Positions 28,327-40,862 of a stretch of DNA of 64,000 bases are shown here, piece after piece. The stretch spans positions 90,526 through 154,525 of the forward strand of contig JAIETH010000001.1 of assembly GCA_019745315.1 (NCBI GenBank), given 5' to 3'. The notes under the pieces are model-generated. The model did no database searches. It worked only from the letters and a program-made list of their open reading frames with translations, and had not been told where the DNA came from. The stretch is from Patescibacteria group bacterium (GTDB lineage: Bacteria > Patescibacteriota > Minisyncoccia > Phycocordibacterales > UBA918). The position numbers and the translations under genes are program-made. Positions within the stretch are counted from its first letter, which is position 1. Every line of letters begins with the position of its first letter.

Positions 28327-29196
28327 ATGACTTATAGCGTTATTCTCTTTTATAAATACGTCACCATTGATGCGCCAGAGCTCCTTATGGAGCGGGAGCG
28401 CGCGGTGTGTGAGGTTTTGGGACTCACTGGTCGCGTGATCATTGCGACTGAGGGTATTAATGCAACGCTCGAAGGTACTACAGAAGCAATTGCAAAATAT
28501 AAAGCACATCTTAAAAAAGATAGTCGGTTTAAAAAGGTTGATATAAAAGAAACTGAAGGGAAGGGAGATCTGTTTCCACGCCTTTCTATTAAGGTGCGGT
28601 CTGAAATAGTGACATCACACTTGCCTGCGTCTATTAATCCACGAGTCGATACCGGTGTGCACCTCGCGCCTTCTGAGCTTAAAAAGTGGTTTGAGGCAGG
28701 AGAAGATTTTGAGATTATCGATATGCGGAATGACTACGAGTATGCGGTCGGGCATTTCAAAAATGCGCGCCCGAGTGGTATGAGTGATTTCAAAGATCTT
28801 CCAAAGGTAGCAGAGCGCTATAGCGATATTAAGGATAAAAAAGTGATCACGGTGTGCACCGGTGGTGTGCGCTGTGAGAAGGCGAGTGCCTATTTGAAAT
28901 CGCAGGGATTCACGAATGTGTATCAGCTTGAAGGGGGAATTCACCGTTATATGGAAAAGTATCCGGCACAAGAATTTTTGGGTACACTCTATACGTTTGA
29001 TGGACGTGTCACTATGGATCTTGGAGCGCACAACCATGAGGTTATAGGGGTGTGCGTGCACTGTGGCGAGAAAACAGAACGGTTTGCGGATTGTGCGCTT
29101 AAGTCATGTGGTAATCACTTCATTGCATGTACTGCATGTCGCGATGAGAGTGATCAGGTGTATTGTCAGGATCATGTGGCAGCTTTCGTGTCATAG
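28327..29196 (+). CDS. trhO: Rhodanese-domain tRNA U34 hydroxylase TrhO (UPF0176/YceA family)
   Basis: 'ILFYKYV', a rhodanese active-site loop 'CTGGVRCEKAS', and a C-terminal Cys cluster. Confidence 0.8.
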   Translation: MTYSVILFYKYVTIDAPELLMERERAVCEVLGLTGRVIIATEGINATLEGTTEAIAKYKAHLKKDSRFKKVDIKETEGKGDLFPRLSIKVRSEIVTSHLPASINPRVDTGVHLAPSELKKWFEAGEDFEIIDMRNDYEYAVGHFKNARPSGMSDFKDLPKVAERYSDIKDKKVITVCTGGVRCEKASAYLKSQGFTNVYQLEGGIHRYMEKYPAQEFLGTLYTFDGRVTMDLGAHNHEVIGVCVHCGEKTERFADCALKSCGNHFIACTACRDESDQVYCQDHVAAFVS

Positions 29197-29266
29197 TGCG
29201 CACACCGCTAGTACAAAAAAGAGATGGTGCAGTATATACTGAGTGTACTATCCTGTAATAAAATAT

Positions 29267-30478
29267 ATGGAAACAGATTCTTCTGAAGAAACAGCTTTGA
29301 ACTCTCATTCAACTCCTGACGCCACTTCGACTCCGGATACTGATCAGAAAAAGACTACTGCTTTTAAAACGACAGCTATGTCTGTCGGTTTTTTTGTACT
29401 CTGCGCCGTTGCTGCGATTGCTGTTGCGTACTTCCTTCATACGAGAGACGGGTCGTCAGGTGATTCTGCAGAAAAGAAGAGTGATGAGTCAGGCTTCTCA
29501 CTTTCACGACTTCCGATTACCTTTGGTAAATGTCTTGATTTCACTGTTCATGATGTAGTGAATGGTTTTGTAGTAAATAGCTGTGACGTAGGGACTGATG
29601 TTACTCGTGCGCTTTTGACAGGAAATACCACCATTGAAGGTTCAGTGGATCAATCAAGCTATTGTTCTCGTTTTGATGAATCGGGGTATGAGTATTCAGT
29701 GGGTAACTACATGCAGGTTGCAACCACGTCTCGCGCACTCTTGCCACAGGTGCTCGGAAAATCCCTTGAAAAAATATGTATTGAGTCGTATCAGTCGACG
29801 GGAGGGAATGTTTCATTTAATGTGACGCAGCTCGAAGTAGAATATTCTCGACAAAAAGGGCGTACCGAAGTATTTGCGCTTGGCGAGACAAATACAGTGA
29901 AAGACATTTTTGCCGTCTCCACGCAGTGCTATAACTACATGCCTGCGAACTGTTCGATACGAATACTTCCAAATGGATACGGGCTTACTGAAAATACCTA
30001 CGTACCAAAAACGTCTGAATCACTTTCTCATGTTCAACGAGTTGGTTCACGTGTCTACATGGAGTGGGGATTTGGAGATGCTGGTGTCTACTCTTCAAGC
30101 TACCTCTACTGGGATCCAGCGACGAATGGAGTAACAGGAACTCGCGTTTCCGGTGAAGGGGAGCGCATGGCGACATTTGGTCGTGTTGAATCTGCAAAAT
30201 CGTATCAATTTGAAGTTGCGTACCCAAGTTCTATGTCTCTTCTTGAAGATAGCGGACTTTTGACATATAGAGTCGAAGGAGGTCAACGCTCACTCATAGG
30301 GACACAAAAAGTTTTTCGAGATTCCGCCTCTCCTGATATCAGTCTTTCGCTCTCACTCTATCCAGAATATCCAAGCGATGAATATTCACGAATTCTTTTA
30401 AATGTATATGCTGAAGGAAAGAGTGAGACATACTACTTTGACACAACGACAGAGACCTTGATTCCGGTGACGTATTAG
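29267..30478 (+). CDS. Hypothetical membrane-anchored extracytoplasmic protein
   Basis: Ser/Thr/Asp-rich N-terminus, then TM 'VGFFVLCAVAAIAVAYFL'. A bidirectional terminator lies downstream. Confidence 0.5.
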   Translation: METDSSEETALNSHSTPDATSTPDTDQKKTTAFKTTAMSVGFFVLCAVAAIAVAYFLHTRDGSSGDSAEKKSDESGFSLSRLPITFGKCLDFTVHDVVNGFVVNSCDVGTDVTRALLTGNTTIEGSVDQSSYCSRFDESGYEYSVGNYMQVATTSRALLPQVLGKSLEKICIESYQSTGGNVSFNVTQLEVEYSRQKGRTEVFALGETNTVKDIFAVSTQCYNYMPANCSIRILPNGYGLTENTYVPKTSESLSHVQRVGSRVYMEWGFGDAGVYSSSYLYWDPATNGVTGTRVSGEGERMATFGRVESAKSYQFEVAYPSSMSLLEDSGLLTYRVEGGQRSLIGTQKVFRDSASPDISLSLSLYPEYPSDEYSRILLNVYAEGKSETYYFDTTTETLIPVTY

Positions 30479-30525
30479 AAAAACCGCCTTCCTTTCGGAT
30501 GGCGGTTGTGTGGTGAGGCGATGCC

Positions 30526-30840
30526 TCAGTTCTTGAGGAAGGGCTGCACTCGCGATTGTATCGCGGCGAGCGCTTCAGCTTCGATCCTGTCGACGTCTTC
30601 CGGCGTCAGGTTCTGCGTGAGGGCGATCATCTCGCGCGAGCTCGGGTCTTCCTTGAGCCGGAGTTCATAGATGATCGCGAGTTGAAGCGGGGTGAGATCC
30701 TTGATTGTCGCGGTGATCAATCTCGCGAGCTCCTTATTCAGAAGACGTTGTTCGGGCGTGGACCAGTCCACCGCTCCTTGAGCACCGTCTCCGGTATTGA
30801 AAAAGCGTTTGCTGTCTCGGCCGCTTCTTGTATGGAACAT
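30526..30840 (-). CDS. Small sigma-70 region-4-like HTH protein, GC-rich cassette
   Basis: 'LTPLQLAIIYELRLKED...REMIALTQNLTPEDVDRIEAEALAAI' resembles sigma region 4 / LuxR-type HTH. Strong RBS 'GAGGGGG' before the internal ATG. Confidence 0.45.
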   Translation of the reverse strand: MFHTRSGRDSKRFFNTGDGAQGAVDWSTPEQRLLNKELARLITATIKDLTPLQLAIIYELRLKEDPSSREMIALTQNLTPEDVDRIEAEALAAIQSRVQPFLKN

Positions 30841-30907
30841 GATAACCCCCTCGGTTTGGGTTTTTACCCACAAACATCATACAACTAAGGCTATGCTTGT
30901 CAAAAAA

Positions 30908-31996
30908 CTACTTACCTTGACCGTAGTATTCTTTGAGAGAAGTGACATGTTCTTCGTAGGTGATTGAGCAGTGGAAACCACCATCTCTGTCATGGAAGTA
31001 GAACATACAGTCTGTTTTTCGAGGATTCAATGCTGCGAGTATTGCGTCGAGAGAAGGATTTGCAATTGGCGCTGGAGGAAGTCCTTTGTTTTCATACGTA
31101 TTGAACATTGAGTTGATGTATTTGTCATCAGGTACTACGTTCGGCCACCATTTTGTTTGATGTTCAGTACCTTTTGCATACTGGAGCGTTGCGTCAATCT
31201 GAAGTTTCATACCGGCAAAAAGACGATTCCAGATAATTCCTGAGATATAGCGCATATCTTCAAAGTCGTATGCTTCGCGTTCAAGAATAGATGCGATGGT
31301 GAGTGCGTCAGCAAGAGAAACTTTCTCTGCGATATCTTCTCCATATCGAGCCAGAACTTCTTTTTTAAAGTGCTCATTCACAATCACCGCGACTTCTTTC
31401 GGAGATGCGCTTTTGCCGGTGATGTATGTGGATGGAGTGAATTTCCCTTCGCTCAGAGAGGGTTCAGCAGAAATAATCTCTTCTATAAAGAGCGCTCGCT
31501 CTTCTTCGGTCCAGTCTAAAATTTCTCCAAAGTTGTATGCGACTTCTTCTTTGCGTTCTCCTGATTGGATAACAAGAATGCGTCCTGTGGGAGAGGCAAT
31601 ATTTTGATAGAGCGGTATGTGGGTGAGGGTTGCGAGAACTCGACTAAACCAGCTTTCCTTTGAGCGTGTTGCAAGTGGTTCTTCTGTTATTGCTTCAACA
31701 AAAAATTCATCAACGTCAGGATTTTCGGTAATTAATTGTGCGCTCGGATCTACGCCGATAGGAAAAGGCTTATTGGCTGCAGACCCCCAGAGAGATTCGC
31801 CTGGGCCTTCCACCACTCGTCCTATTACTACATAGGTGCCGATAAGTACAAGTGCGATGCCTGCAGCCGCAACGCCTCCTCCATAGAGAGCGAATGTTTT
31901 AAGAGGGGAGAGAGAAGAAGACTTTTTCTCGTGCGGCGCTGTATAGAATTTCAACGGAAAATGTTCGCGAGTGCGTTTTTTGGGATTCAACTTCAT
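30908..31996 (-). CDS. mltG: Endolytic murein transglycosylase MltG (YceG-like)
   Basis: N-terminal TM, and a C-terminal 'FNTYENKGLPPAPIANPS...' YceG signature. Confidence 0.85.
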   Translation of the reverse strand: MKLNPKKRTREHFPLKFYTAPHEKKSSSLSPLKTFALYGGGVAAAGIALVLIGTYVVIGRVVEGPGESLWGSAANKPFPIGVDPSAQLITENPDVDEFFVEAITEEPLATRSKESWFSRVLATLTHIPLYQNIASPTGRILVIQSGERKEEVAYNFGEILDWTEEERALFIEEIISAEPSLSEGKFTPSTYITGKSASPKEVAVIVNEHFKKEVLARYGEDIAEKVSLADALTIASILEREAYDFEDMRYISGIIWNRLFAGMKLQIDATLQYAKGTEHQTKWWPNVVPDDKYINSMFNTYENKGLPPAPIANPSLDAILAALNPRKTDCMFYFHDRDGGFHCSITYEEHVTSLKEYYGQGK

Positions 31997-32126
31997 GTTC
32001 TATAAGTATCGCATATGTTGTGTTGACTGTCTTTGTGAGGAGTGGTGTATTATTGACTTTTTCATATAAAATGGTACTTTGTGGGTGGACAAAAACGTCC
32101 AGAATCCAACTGAGGGGTGTCAGACC

Positions 32127-32612
32127 ATGACCGATTCCGCCGCCGTGCCGACCATCCTGGAGCAGGTCCAGGCCGCGCTCGCCGCCATCAATCTCGGGGA
32201 TGTGAAGTTCCCGGAGTTCCACAAGTGCCGGCACTATGAGTCGCTCGATCTGACGCCGAGCGACCACTTGAAGCGGCTGTTCGCCCTTCGGTGGCAGATC
32301 GAACAGCGTCTCGAGCGGTCCATGGAGGCGCTGAAGGGCATGAGGCGCAGCGAGGTCAGCGAGGGCGTGCTGAAGAACATGGCTCGTGATGGCAACGCGG
32401 ACGTCATGCTCTTCCAGGCTGTCGGCGCGCTCGTCAACGCCGAACTCAATCGCGAGCTGGGCGAAGTCGCCATCACCAAGCCCCAAGAATTCCTCGACAT
32501 GGTGGTGGTCGAGCCTGGCTGGAAGCTGGGGTGGATCAACCACCCGGAAGGGATGGTCGTCCATGCTCTGGTTCTCGATCTCTTCGGCGGAAAGCGGCAG
32601 CGGCGCCACTGA
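32127..32612 (+). CDS. Hypothetical protein, GC-rich cassette
   Basis: Internal Met 'MTDSAAVPTILEQ'. GC-rich third positions. Followed by a 'ggcgcccgtgagggagccg...'-type hairpin + T7 terminator. Confidence 0.45.
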   Translation: MTDSAAVPTILEQVQAALAAINLGDVKFPEFHKCRHYESLDLTPSDHLKRLFALRWQIEQRLERSMEALKGMRRSEVSEGVLKNMARDGNADVMLFQAVGALVNAELNRELGEVAITKPQEFLDMVVVEPGWKLGWINHPEGMVVHALVLDLFGGKRQRRH

Positions 32613-32750
32613 TTCTGTTCTTCGGCCTCCTGGCCAACGGCTCCCTCACGGGCGCCGTTTTTTTATACCCAAACAGACGCCAGGAGTGGAAAACAATTTT
32701 GAAAAGAGGTCACTCTCTGCTATACTCTGGCTGATTTTCATTGTCTATTT

Positions 32751-33554
32751 ATGATTTCTACAGCATACGCAGCAACTGCGGCAACAGAAGAAGTGGTAAA
32801 AGAGGGTCTTTCTATCCACATTGCTCCAACTATCATAGGACATATTGGCTCAATGCCACTTACCAACACCATTGTCACTGCGTGGTTCGTGCTTCTTTTG
32901 GTGCTCGGTATCGCATTTTATTTCCGAAAGTCGTTTAAAACACTCCCTTCAAAGGGGCAGGTGTTGGTTGAAACCGTTATTGGGGGAGCATATGACTATA
33001 TGGCGGAAACTCTGGAGAGCAGAGAGCTTGCACGTAAGTTTTTCCCGGTGATCATGACGATTTTCATATTCATCCTGTCATTGAACTGGGTGGGGCTCCT
33101 TCCAGGAGTGGATAGTATCGGAATCTATGCGGAGCATGGCGGACACGAAACACTGGTGCCGTTCCTCCATCCGGCAAATACTGATCTCAATATCACGATA
33201 GCGTTTGCGATTGTGGCAGTTCTCACGATTGAGGCAGCGGGTATTATGCTCCTTGGTTTCTTGAAGTACGGAGGCAAGTTTGTTACGTTTAAGTCCCCAC
33301 TTGCGTTTGTGATTGGAATCATTGAACTTATTGGGGAAATAGCGCGTCTTATCTCATTCTCATTCCGACTTTTCGGAAACATTTTTGCAGGGAAGACGCT
33401 GTTGGTGGTTGCGATCTTCTTTATACCGTTTGTGATGCCGGTGCCGATACTTGCGTTTGAGGTTTTTGTAGGCTTCATCCAAGCGTTGGTATTTTCAGTG
33501 CTGACACTGGTATTTATCAAGCTTGCGATAACGGAGCATAGTGATGCACACTAG
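32751..33554 (+). CDS. atpB: F0F1 ATP synthase subunit a
   Basis: Polytopic. 'RLISFSFRLFGNIFAG' contains the conserved Arg helix. Confidence 0.9.
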   Translation: MISTAYAATAATEEVVKEGLSIHIAPTIIGHIGSMPLTNTIVTAWFVLLLVLGIAFYFRKSFKTLPSKGQVLVETVIGGAYDYMAETLESRELARKFFPVIMTIFIFILSLNWVGLLPGVDSIGIYAEHGGHETLVPFLHPANTDLNITIAFAIVAVLTIEAAGIMLLGFLKYGGKFVTFKSPLAFVIGIIELIGEIARLISFSFRLFGNIFAGKTLLVVAIFFIPFVMPVPILAFEVFVGFIQALVFSVLTLVFIKLAITEHSDAH

Positions 33555-33567
33555 TGAGTAACCATGA

Positions 33568-33849
<282 letters not shown>

Positions 33850-33990
33850 AGCATTCCCAAAAGTTTCATCTGCGTCGTCGTTTTTCGTCGCAAAAGTCCT
33901 CACCGTACACACCAGTACGACTCGAACTTTTGCTCCTCAACTTCTCGCATCTGAACCCTTTTTGAAACGCTTTAAACAATAACTATTGCT

Positions 33991-34437
33991 ATGCAGGAAA
34001 TTATCAACGCATTCGGTATCGACTGGCGACTCATCGTCATTCAAATATTTAACTTTGCCCTTTTGCTCACTGGGCTCTGGTATTTCCTGTATACACCAGT
34101 GCTTACCATGCTTGAGAAGCGTCAGAAGACTATTGAAAAAGGTCTTGCTGATGCAGCGTTGGCAGAACAGGCGCTCACAGGAGCTGAGACTGAAAAAGCA
34201 GCTATCGTGAAAGCGGCGCATGACGAAGCGACTGCTGTTTCGCTTCGCGCGAAGGCATATGCTGATGAAAAATCAGCAGCGCTTGTGCGTGAAGCAGAAG
34301 AGAAAACGACTCGCATGATGGAAGAGGCAAAGAAGGCAGGTCTCGAGCTCCAAAACAGACTCTATAAAGAAAGTGAGGCAGAAATCGCACGCACTGCACT
34401 CCTTGCAGCAGAAAAGATTTTGAAGCAACGCGCATAA
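33991..34437 (+). CDS. atpF: F0F1 ATP synthase subunit b
   Basis: N-terminal TM then a long Ala/Glu/Lys-rich helix. Operon position. Confidence 0.8.
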   Translation: MQEIINAFGIDWRLIVIQIFNFALLLTGLWYFLYTPVLTMLEKRQKTIEKGLADAALAEQALTGAETEKAAIVKAAHDEATAVSLRAKAYADEKSAALVREAEEKTTRMMEEAKKAGLELQNRLYKESEAEIARTALLAAEKILKQRA

Positions 34438-34438
34438 C

Positions 34439-34825
34439 ATGAACCACACCGTGTATAGAGATGCTACTCTCCGCGCACTCGCGTCAGGTACTTCGCCTGA
34501 GGTAGTGCTTTCTGGATTGCAAAAAACTCTCGCACGTCGAGGTCATACAAAGTTGTACGGAGCTGTTTTGAAAGAGGTGCTTGCGTCTCTTTCAAAGAAA
34601 GAAGCAGACGGTATAGCAATCATACTCCTTGCGCGAAAAGAAGATGAAGGAACATATGCAGAGGCAATCAAAGCGTTTGTACACACCGCGCACGCGACAG
34701 GTACCCGCATTGTTGTCGACGAATCAATAGTAGGGGGATTTATCGCACAGACCACAACCACAAAACGAGATCAGAGCTATAAAGGTTCTCTTGTAGCTCT
34801 CTATCGATCATTAACCGCAGGATAA
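34439..34825 (+). CDS. atpH: F0F1 ATP synthase subunit delta (short OSCP-like)
   Basis: Operon position between b and alpha. C-terminal 'RIVVDESIVGGFI' resembles the OSCP C-terminus. Confidence 0.6.
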   Translation: MNHTVYRDATLRALASGTSPEVVLSGLQKTLARRGHTKLYGAVLKEVLASLSKKEADGIAIILLARKEDEGTYAEAIKAFVHTAHATGTRIVVDESIVGGFIAQTTTTKRDQSYKGSLVALYRSLTAG

Positions 34826-34846
34826 TTTAATCACTAACACATTACT

Positions 34847-36412
34847 ATGAGCAATCCAATCATCGAACGTATTCAAAAGGAAATCGAATCTCTTGATACA
34901 TCCTCAAAGGATGAGCAGATTGGGCGCGTGGTCACTGTGGGTGATGGTGTTGCTGAGATCGAAGGACTTGTCTCGGCACAGATGTCTGAAATGGTGGTGT
35001 TTGACGAGAGTGAAGGGAAGACTCTTGAGGAGACCATTGCGCACAAGGATGCGCTCTATGGACTCGTACTCAACCTTGAGGAGGAGTTGGTGAAGGTGGT
35101 GGTGCTTGGAGATACTGCGCGTATCAAAGAGGGAATGACTGCGCGTCGTACAGGAAAGCTTTTGAATATTCCAGTTGGAGACGCAATTATCGGTCGCGTG
35201 GTGAATCCGCTTGGAGACGCTATCGACGGAAAGGGCGCAATTGCAACCGATAGAGAGATGCCGATTGAGCGCATTGCGTATGGTGTAATGGATCGCGATT
35301 CAGTAAACACTCCAATTCATACCGGTATTAAGGCAATTGATGCAATGATCCCGATTGGTCGTGGTCAGCGTGAGCTTATCATTGGAGATCGCGCTACAGG
35401 CAAGACAACGATTGCGATTGATACTATTTTAAATCAACGATTTGAACCAAAAGAAACTCGCCCTATTTGTATTTATGTAGCGGTGGGGCAGAAAGAGTCA
35501 AAGACTGCGCGCATCATGGGCGAATTGCAGGAAGCAGGGGCTCTTGAATACACCATCATCGTATCAACTTCAGCATCTGACCCTTCAGCATTGCAGTATC
35601 TTGCACCATTTGCGGGAGCTGCTATCGGAGAGTATTTCATGGAGAAAGGGAAGGATGCTCTCATTATTTACGACGATCTTTCAAAGCATGCGGTTGCATA
35701 TCGCCAGATGTCACTTCTTCTTCGTCGCCCACCAGGACGCGAGGCATACCCAGGAGACATCTTCTACTTGCACTCACGTCTTCTTGAGCGTGCTGCAAAG
35801 TTGAATGAAAAACTAGGAGGAGGTTCTCTTACGGCTCTCCCTATCATTGAGACACAAGAGGGAGACGTGTCTGCATACATTCCAACAAACGTTATTTCAA
35901 TTACTGACGGACAGATCTTCCTTGAGACTGATCTCTTCAATAAAGGAATTCGTCCAGCATTGAACGTTGGTATCTCAGTATCTCGTGTGGGGTCTTCAGC
36001 GCAAACAAAAGCAATGAAGAAAGTGTCAGGAAAGATTCGTCTTGAGCTCGCACAGTTTCGAGAACTTGAAGCCTTCATGCAGTTCTCTCAGGACTTGGAT
36101 GAAGATACAAAGAAGCGTATTGAGAGCGGACGCAAGTACACTGAGCTCTTGAAGCAGAAGCAGCACCAGACGATGCCGTTTTATCATCAGGTTGTGTCTC
36201 TTTATGGTGCAAACGGAGGATTGCTTGATGGGGCGAAGGTTGAGGATGTGAAGAAGATTGAAGAGGAGTTCATTGGATTTCTTGAGCGCGATCGCGCAGC
36301 GATTGTGGAATCTATTCGCGATACACGTGCGATTAGTGATGAGGTAGACGGTATGCTCAAGGCAGCAATCACTGACTTTAAGGTTGCATTCCCAGCATTC
36401 TACGCAGCATAG
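34847..36412 (+). CDS. atpA: F0F1 ATP synthase subunit alpha
   Basis: '[13 protein letters not shown]' P-loop, '[14 protein letters not shown]'. Confidence 0.95.
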   Translation: MSNPIIERIQKEIESLDTSSKDEQIGRVVTVGDGVAEIEGLVSAQMSEMVVFDESEGKTLEETIAHKDALYGLVLNLEEELVKVVVLGDTARIKEGMTARRTGKLLNIPVGDAIIGRVVNPLGDAIDGKGAIATDREMPIERIAYGVMDRDSVNTPIHTGIKAIDAMIPIGRGQRELIIGDRATGKTTIAIDTILNQRFEPKETRPICIYVAVGQKESKTARIMGELQEAGALEYTIIVSTSASDPSALQYLAPFAGAAIGEYFMEKGKDALIIYDDLSKHAVAYRQMSLLLRRPPGREAYPGDIFYLHSRLLERAAKLNEKLGGGSLTALPIIETQEGDVSAYIPTNVISITDGQIFLETDLFNKGIRPALNVGISVSRVGSSAQTKAMKKVSGKIRLELAQFRELEAFMQFSQDLDEDTKKRIESGRKYTELLKQKQHQTMPFYHQVVSLYGANGGLLDGAKVEDVKKIEEEFIGFLERDRAAIVESIRDTRAISDEVDGMLKAAITDFKVAFPAFYAA

Positions 36413-36431
36413 TCGAGACGATACATAACGT

Positions 36432-37340
36432 ATGGCACTCAAAGACATAAAAAACAAAATACGCGCCACAGACCGCACTCGCAAAGTTACCAAAGCGATG
36501 GAGGCAGTGTCAGCGGTGAAGATGCGCAAGAGCCAGGAGCGTGCGCTCTATAACCGTGGATATGCTGAAGCGGCGCTCCGTATTCTTAATAATGTGCAAA
36601 ACACTCCTGACATTGCCAAGAGCCCGTACATCATTAAAGAAGGGGCTCGCGAATGTATTGTGGTTATCACTTCAGACAAAGGACTTGCAGGAAGTCTTAA
36701 TAGTGCGGTGCTAAAACTCGTTGAGACATACACAAAAGGGAAAGATCCAGAATCTATCGTTGCTATCTGTCTTGGACGTAAAGGATATGAATTTTGTCTT
36801 CGAAAAGGATTTGATATCCCATATTTTGCGGTGCAGGTGCGTGATGAAATTTCTATTGATGATTTGGCAGAGGTCTCTGAGCACGCAGTGCGCGCATACC
36901 AAACCGCTGATGTGCGTATGCTTTCTGTGTTTTTCCAGAACTTCATAACAACATTTGCTCAGGAGGCAGCGCGTCGCCAGCTCTTGCCGTTGAGTTCTGA
37001 AACAATTGTCGACATGATCAAGGGAATCATTCCAAAGTCAGGTCGTTACAGTGAGAGCGAGGTTCGCACCAAAGGAGCAGATTACACATTTGAACCAAGT
37101 AGCGAAGAAGTTTTTAATACGCTGATTCCAGAGCTGACGCATATTCTTCTTTATCATGCGCTTTTGGAAACGAAAGCCTCCGAGCACTCGGCCCGCATGG
37201 TCGCGATGAAGAATGCATCGGATAACGCAAAAGAAGTTTCCAAGAAATTAACACTCAAGTACAACAAGGCACGACAGGCAGCAATCACAAGAGAAGTTTC
37301 AGAGATCACCGGAGGAATGGAGGCGATGGCACAGAAATAA
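36432..37340 (+). CDS. atpG: F0F1 ATP synthase subunit gamma
   Basis: 'ALKDIKNKIRATDRTRKVTKAMEAVSAVKMRK' N-terminus and C-terminal 'ITREVSEITGG'. Confidence 0.9.
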   Translation: MALKDIKNKIRATDRTRKVTKAMEAVSAVKMRKSQERALYNRGYAEAALRILNNVQNTPDIAKSPYIIKEGARECIVVITSDKGLAGSLNSAVLKLVETYTKGKDPESIVAICLGRKGYEFCLRKGFDIPYFAVQVRDEISIDDLAEVSEHAVRAYQTADVRMLSVFFQNFITTFAQEAARRQLLPLSSETIVDMIKGIIPKSGRYSESEVRTKGADYTFEPSSEEVFNTLIPELTHILLYHALLETKASEHSARMVAMKNASDNAKEVSKKLTLKYNKARQAAITREVSEITGGMEAMAQK

Positions 37341-37353
37341 ATTAACAACATAA

Positions 37354-38724
<1,371 letters not shown>

Positions 38725-38877
38725 TATGCCCCAAATTCCCTCATCTGCATTGTTGCGAACATCGGCGCTCACTCACCGTATACTCAATACGACTCGTTTC
38801 TCGCCTCGTTCGCGCCGCGCAGCTGAGGTTTTTGGAACATATTAATTTTTGCAAAAAGGAGTATAGTAAAAAAATAT

Positions 38878-39111
38878 ATGAAACTACGAATTGCGCGCGT
38901 TGGAGAATCACTCTTTGAAGGAGACGCTCTTTCTTTGAATCTTCCCGGAAGTGAGGGAGATATGACGATTCTTCCAGGGCACGCACCCCTTATCGCAACA
39001 CTTCGTGCGGGTACTGTCCGTGTTGTTGATGCTGCCAAAGAGCATAAAGAATTTGAAATCAAAAAAGGTCTCGTAGAGATATCAAACAGTGAAGTGATTG
39101 TACTGGTTTAA
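38878..39111 (+). CDS. atpC: F0F1 ATP synthase subunit epsilon (N-terminal beta-sandwich only)
   Basis: 'MKLRIARVGESLFEGDA...LPGHAPLIATL'. Only 77 aa. Confidence 0.75.
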   Translation: MKLRIARVGESLFEGDALSLNLPGSEGDMTILPGHAPLIATLRAGTVRVVDAAKEHKEFEIKKGLVEISNSEVIVLV

Positions 39112-39131
39112 TATATTAAAAAATCCCTAGA

Positions 39132-39383
39132 ATGGATCTACTCAAAGCACCAAAGCAATTTGTCGACAGTGTAGCTGGAGGATTCACTGATGAGCATTTT
39201 ATTCTTGCCATGCTTTCGGGAGAGAGCGGGCAGGCGTACGCGGCGACTCCTAAGCACGCAAAGCGCATTGCGCAGTGGCTCACGTATCAGGTCGGAGAAT
39301 ATGAAAAGAAGCACGGAAGAATAGACACAGAATGGACGCCTGGCATGAAAAGCCCTATCCAATCAGAGGACTTGGGCAAATAA
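39132..39383 (+). CDS. Hypothetical protein
   Basis: ORF only. Confidence 0.35.
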   Translation: MDLLKAPKQFVDSVAGGFTDEHFILAMLSGESGQAYAATPKHAKRIAQWLTYQVGEYEKKHGRIDTEWTPGMKSPIQSEDLGK

Positions 39384-39431
39384 TACCAGTCGGTAGTTTT
39401 AGAAAAATAACTTTCTGATACACTAAGGGCT

Positions 39432-39938
39432 ATGGAATATATATTTATGATTGTGCCAGTTGTATACAAACTGGCACTGACTCTTGGAATAGGGTCTTCA
39501 ACGTTTGCACTTATTTTCTTTATACAGTCAAAGCAGGATGGAATTGTTGATGAGACAGAGCGACGGTTTTTGCGTACAGTGATCACTGTTATGCGCGTGG
39601 GAATGGTGGGTATTGTTGCCTCACTTCTTTTCTATACATACGCATTTTGGAATAGTGCAGTAAACCTATTTGCTGATCCGATCTTCTTGATGGAGTCGAC
39701 AATAATGACTGTGATTATCCTCAATGCAATCTTGATGCAGTTTAGGGTAATGCCTATGTGGCTTGGTCCTGCTATTGCGGGGGCAAGCTGGTATTCACTC
39801 TTCTTCCTTACCAGTGTGCCGTTTACTGTGACTAGCTATGGAATGTTCATTACCTACTATGCGCTCTTTGGTGCGGTGTTCTACGGCGTGTTTACAATCA
39901 TTCAGCACTTCTTCTCTCCAAAGCCAAAAGTGATCTAA
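39432..39938 (+). CDS. Hypothetical polytopic membrane protein
   Basis: Four to five hydrophobic helices. Confidence 0.5.
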   Translation: MEYIFMIVPVVYKLALTLGIGSSTFALIFFIQSKQDGIVDETERRFLRTVITVMRVGMVGIVASLLFYTYAFWNSAVNLFADPIFLMESTIMTVIILNAILMQFRVMPMWLGPAIAGASWYSLFFLTSVPFTVTSYGMFITYYALFGAVFYGVFTIIQHFFSPKPKVI

Positions 39939-39972
39939 TTGAAATCAAAAGCCTTTCTGCTACAATAACGCG

Positions 39973-40203
39973 ATGTTAAAAAATTTTTTGATGCGCAAGA
40001 TGCTTCAGTCACAGACGAAGAATCTTCCAAAAGAACAGCAAGACCAAGTAATGATGATGCTTGAAAAGGACCCCGATTTGTTTATGAAGATTGCTCAGGA
40101 GGTACAGGAAGAAATGAAGAAAGGAAAAGATCAGATGGCGGCTGCGATGGCGGTGATGCCAAAGTACCAAGACAAACTCAAGGAGTTGATGGGTCCGAAG
40201 TAA
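39973..40203 (+). CDS. Hypothetical small Met/Lys-rich protein
   Basis: ORF only. Confidence 0.35.
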   Translation: MLKNFLMRKMLQSQTKNLPKEQQDQVMMMLEKDPDLFMKIAQEVQEEMKKGKDQMAAAMAVMPKYQDKLKELMGPK

Positions 40204-40223
40204 TATTCCTATAACAATCCTGC

Positions 40224-40805
40224 ATGCAGAAAAAAAAGATCTTTGTTCTTCTTGGTAATCCTGATTCAGATTCTTTTTCAGGCACAGTAGCTACGACGTA
40301 TGTTGATGCTGCAAAGGCAGCGGGGCATGAGGTTGAGCGGATTAATATTGGAGATCTTGCTTTTGATCCTATTCTTCACAAGGGATACAAAGAGATACAA
40401 GCTCTTGAGCCAGATCTTGTTCGTGTGCAGGAGGTATGGAAGTGGGCTGATCATGTAGTTATTATCTATCCGAACTGGTGGTGCACCATGCCAGCTCTTC
40501 TCAAGGGTATGTTTGATCGTATGTTCCTTCCAGGATTTGCATTTAACTTTGATAAGCAAACAAAAAAAATTATTCAAAGACTTTCTGGGAAAAGTGCGCG
40601 CGTTATTGTGCTCGCCGGAACACACAGCCCGTTTATGACCTGGTGGAAGTTTGGAGACTTTACGAACGAAATAGCAAAAGGAATCCTTGGTTTTGCAGGA
40701 ATGAAAACGAAAGTGTCCTCATATGGTCCATGCGACAAGGTGGATCAAGAATGTCGCGCGAAGTGGCTGAAAGAAGTGGCACAGCTCGGCTCGGAAGCGG
40801 TGTAG
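40224..40805 (+). CDS. NAD(P)H dehydrogenase (quinone) / flavodoxin-like fold family (NQO1/MdaB-like)
   Basis: 'KIFVLLGNPDSDSFS', 'YPNWWCTMPALLKGMFDR'. Confidence 0.75.
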   Translation: MQKKKIFVLLGNPDSDSFSGTVATTYVDAAKAAGHEVERINIGDLAFDPILHKGYKEIQALEPDLVRVQEVWKWADHVVIIYPNWWCTMPALLKGMFDRMFLPGFAFNFDKQTKKIIQRLSGKSARVIVLAGTHSPFMTWWKFGDFTNEIAKGILGFAGMKTKVSSYGPCDKVDQECRAKWLKEVAQLGSEAV

Positions 40806-40862
40806 TCACTTTATAGCTTTTTATGTGTGTGTTGTGTATAGTGCTCTCACACTTGTTTTAGT

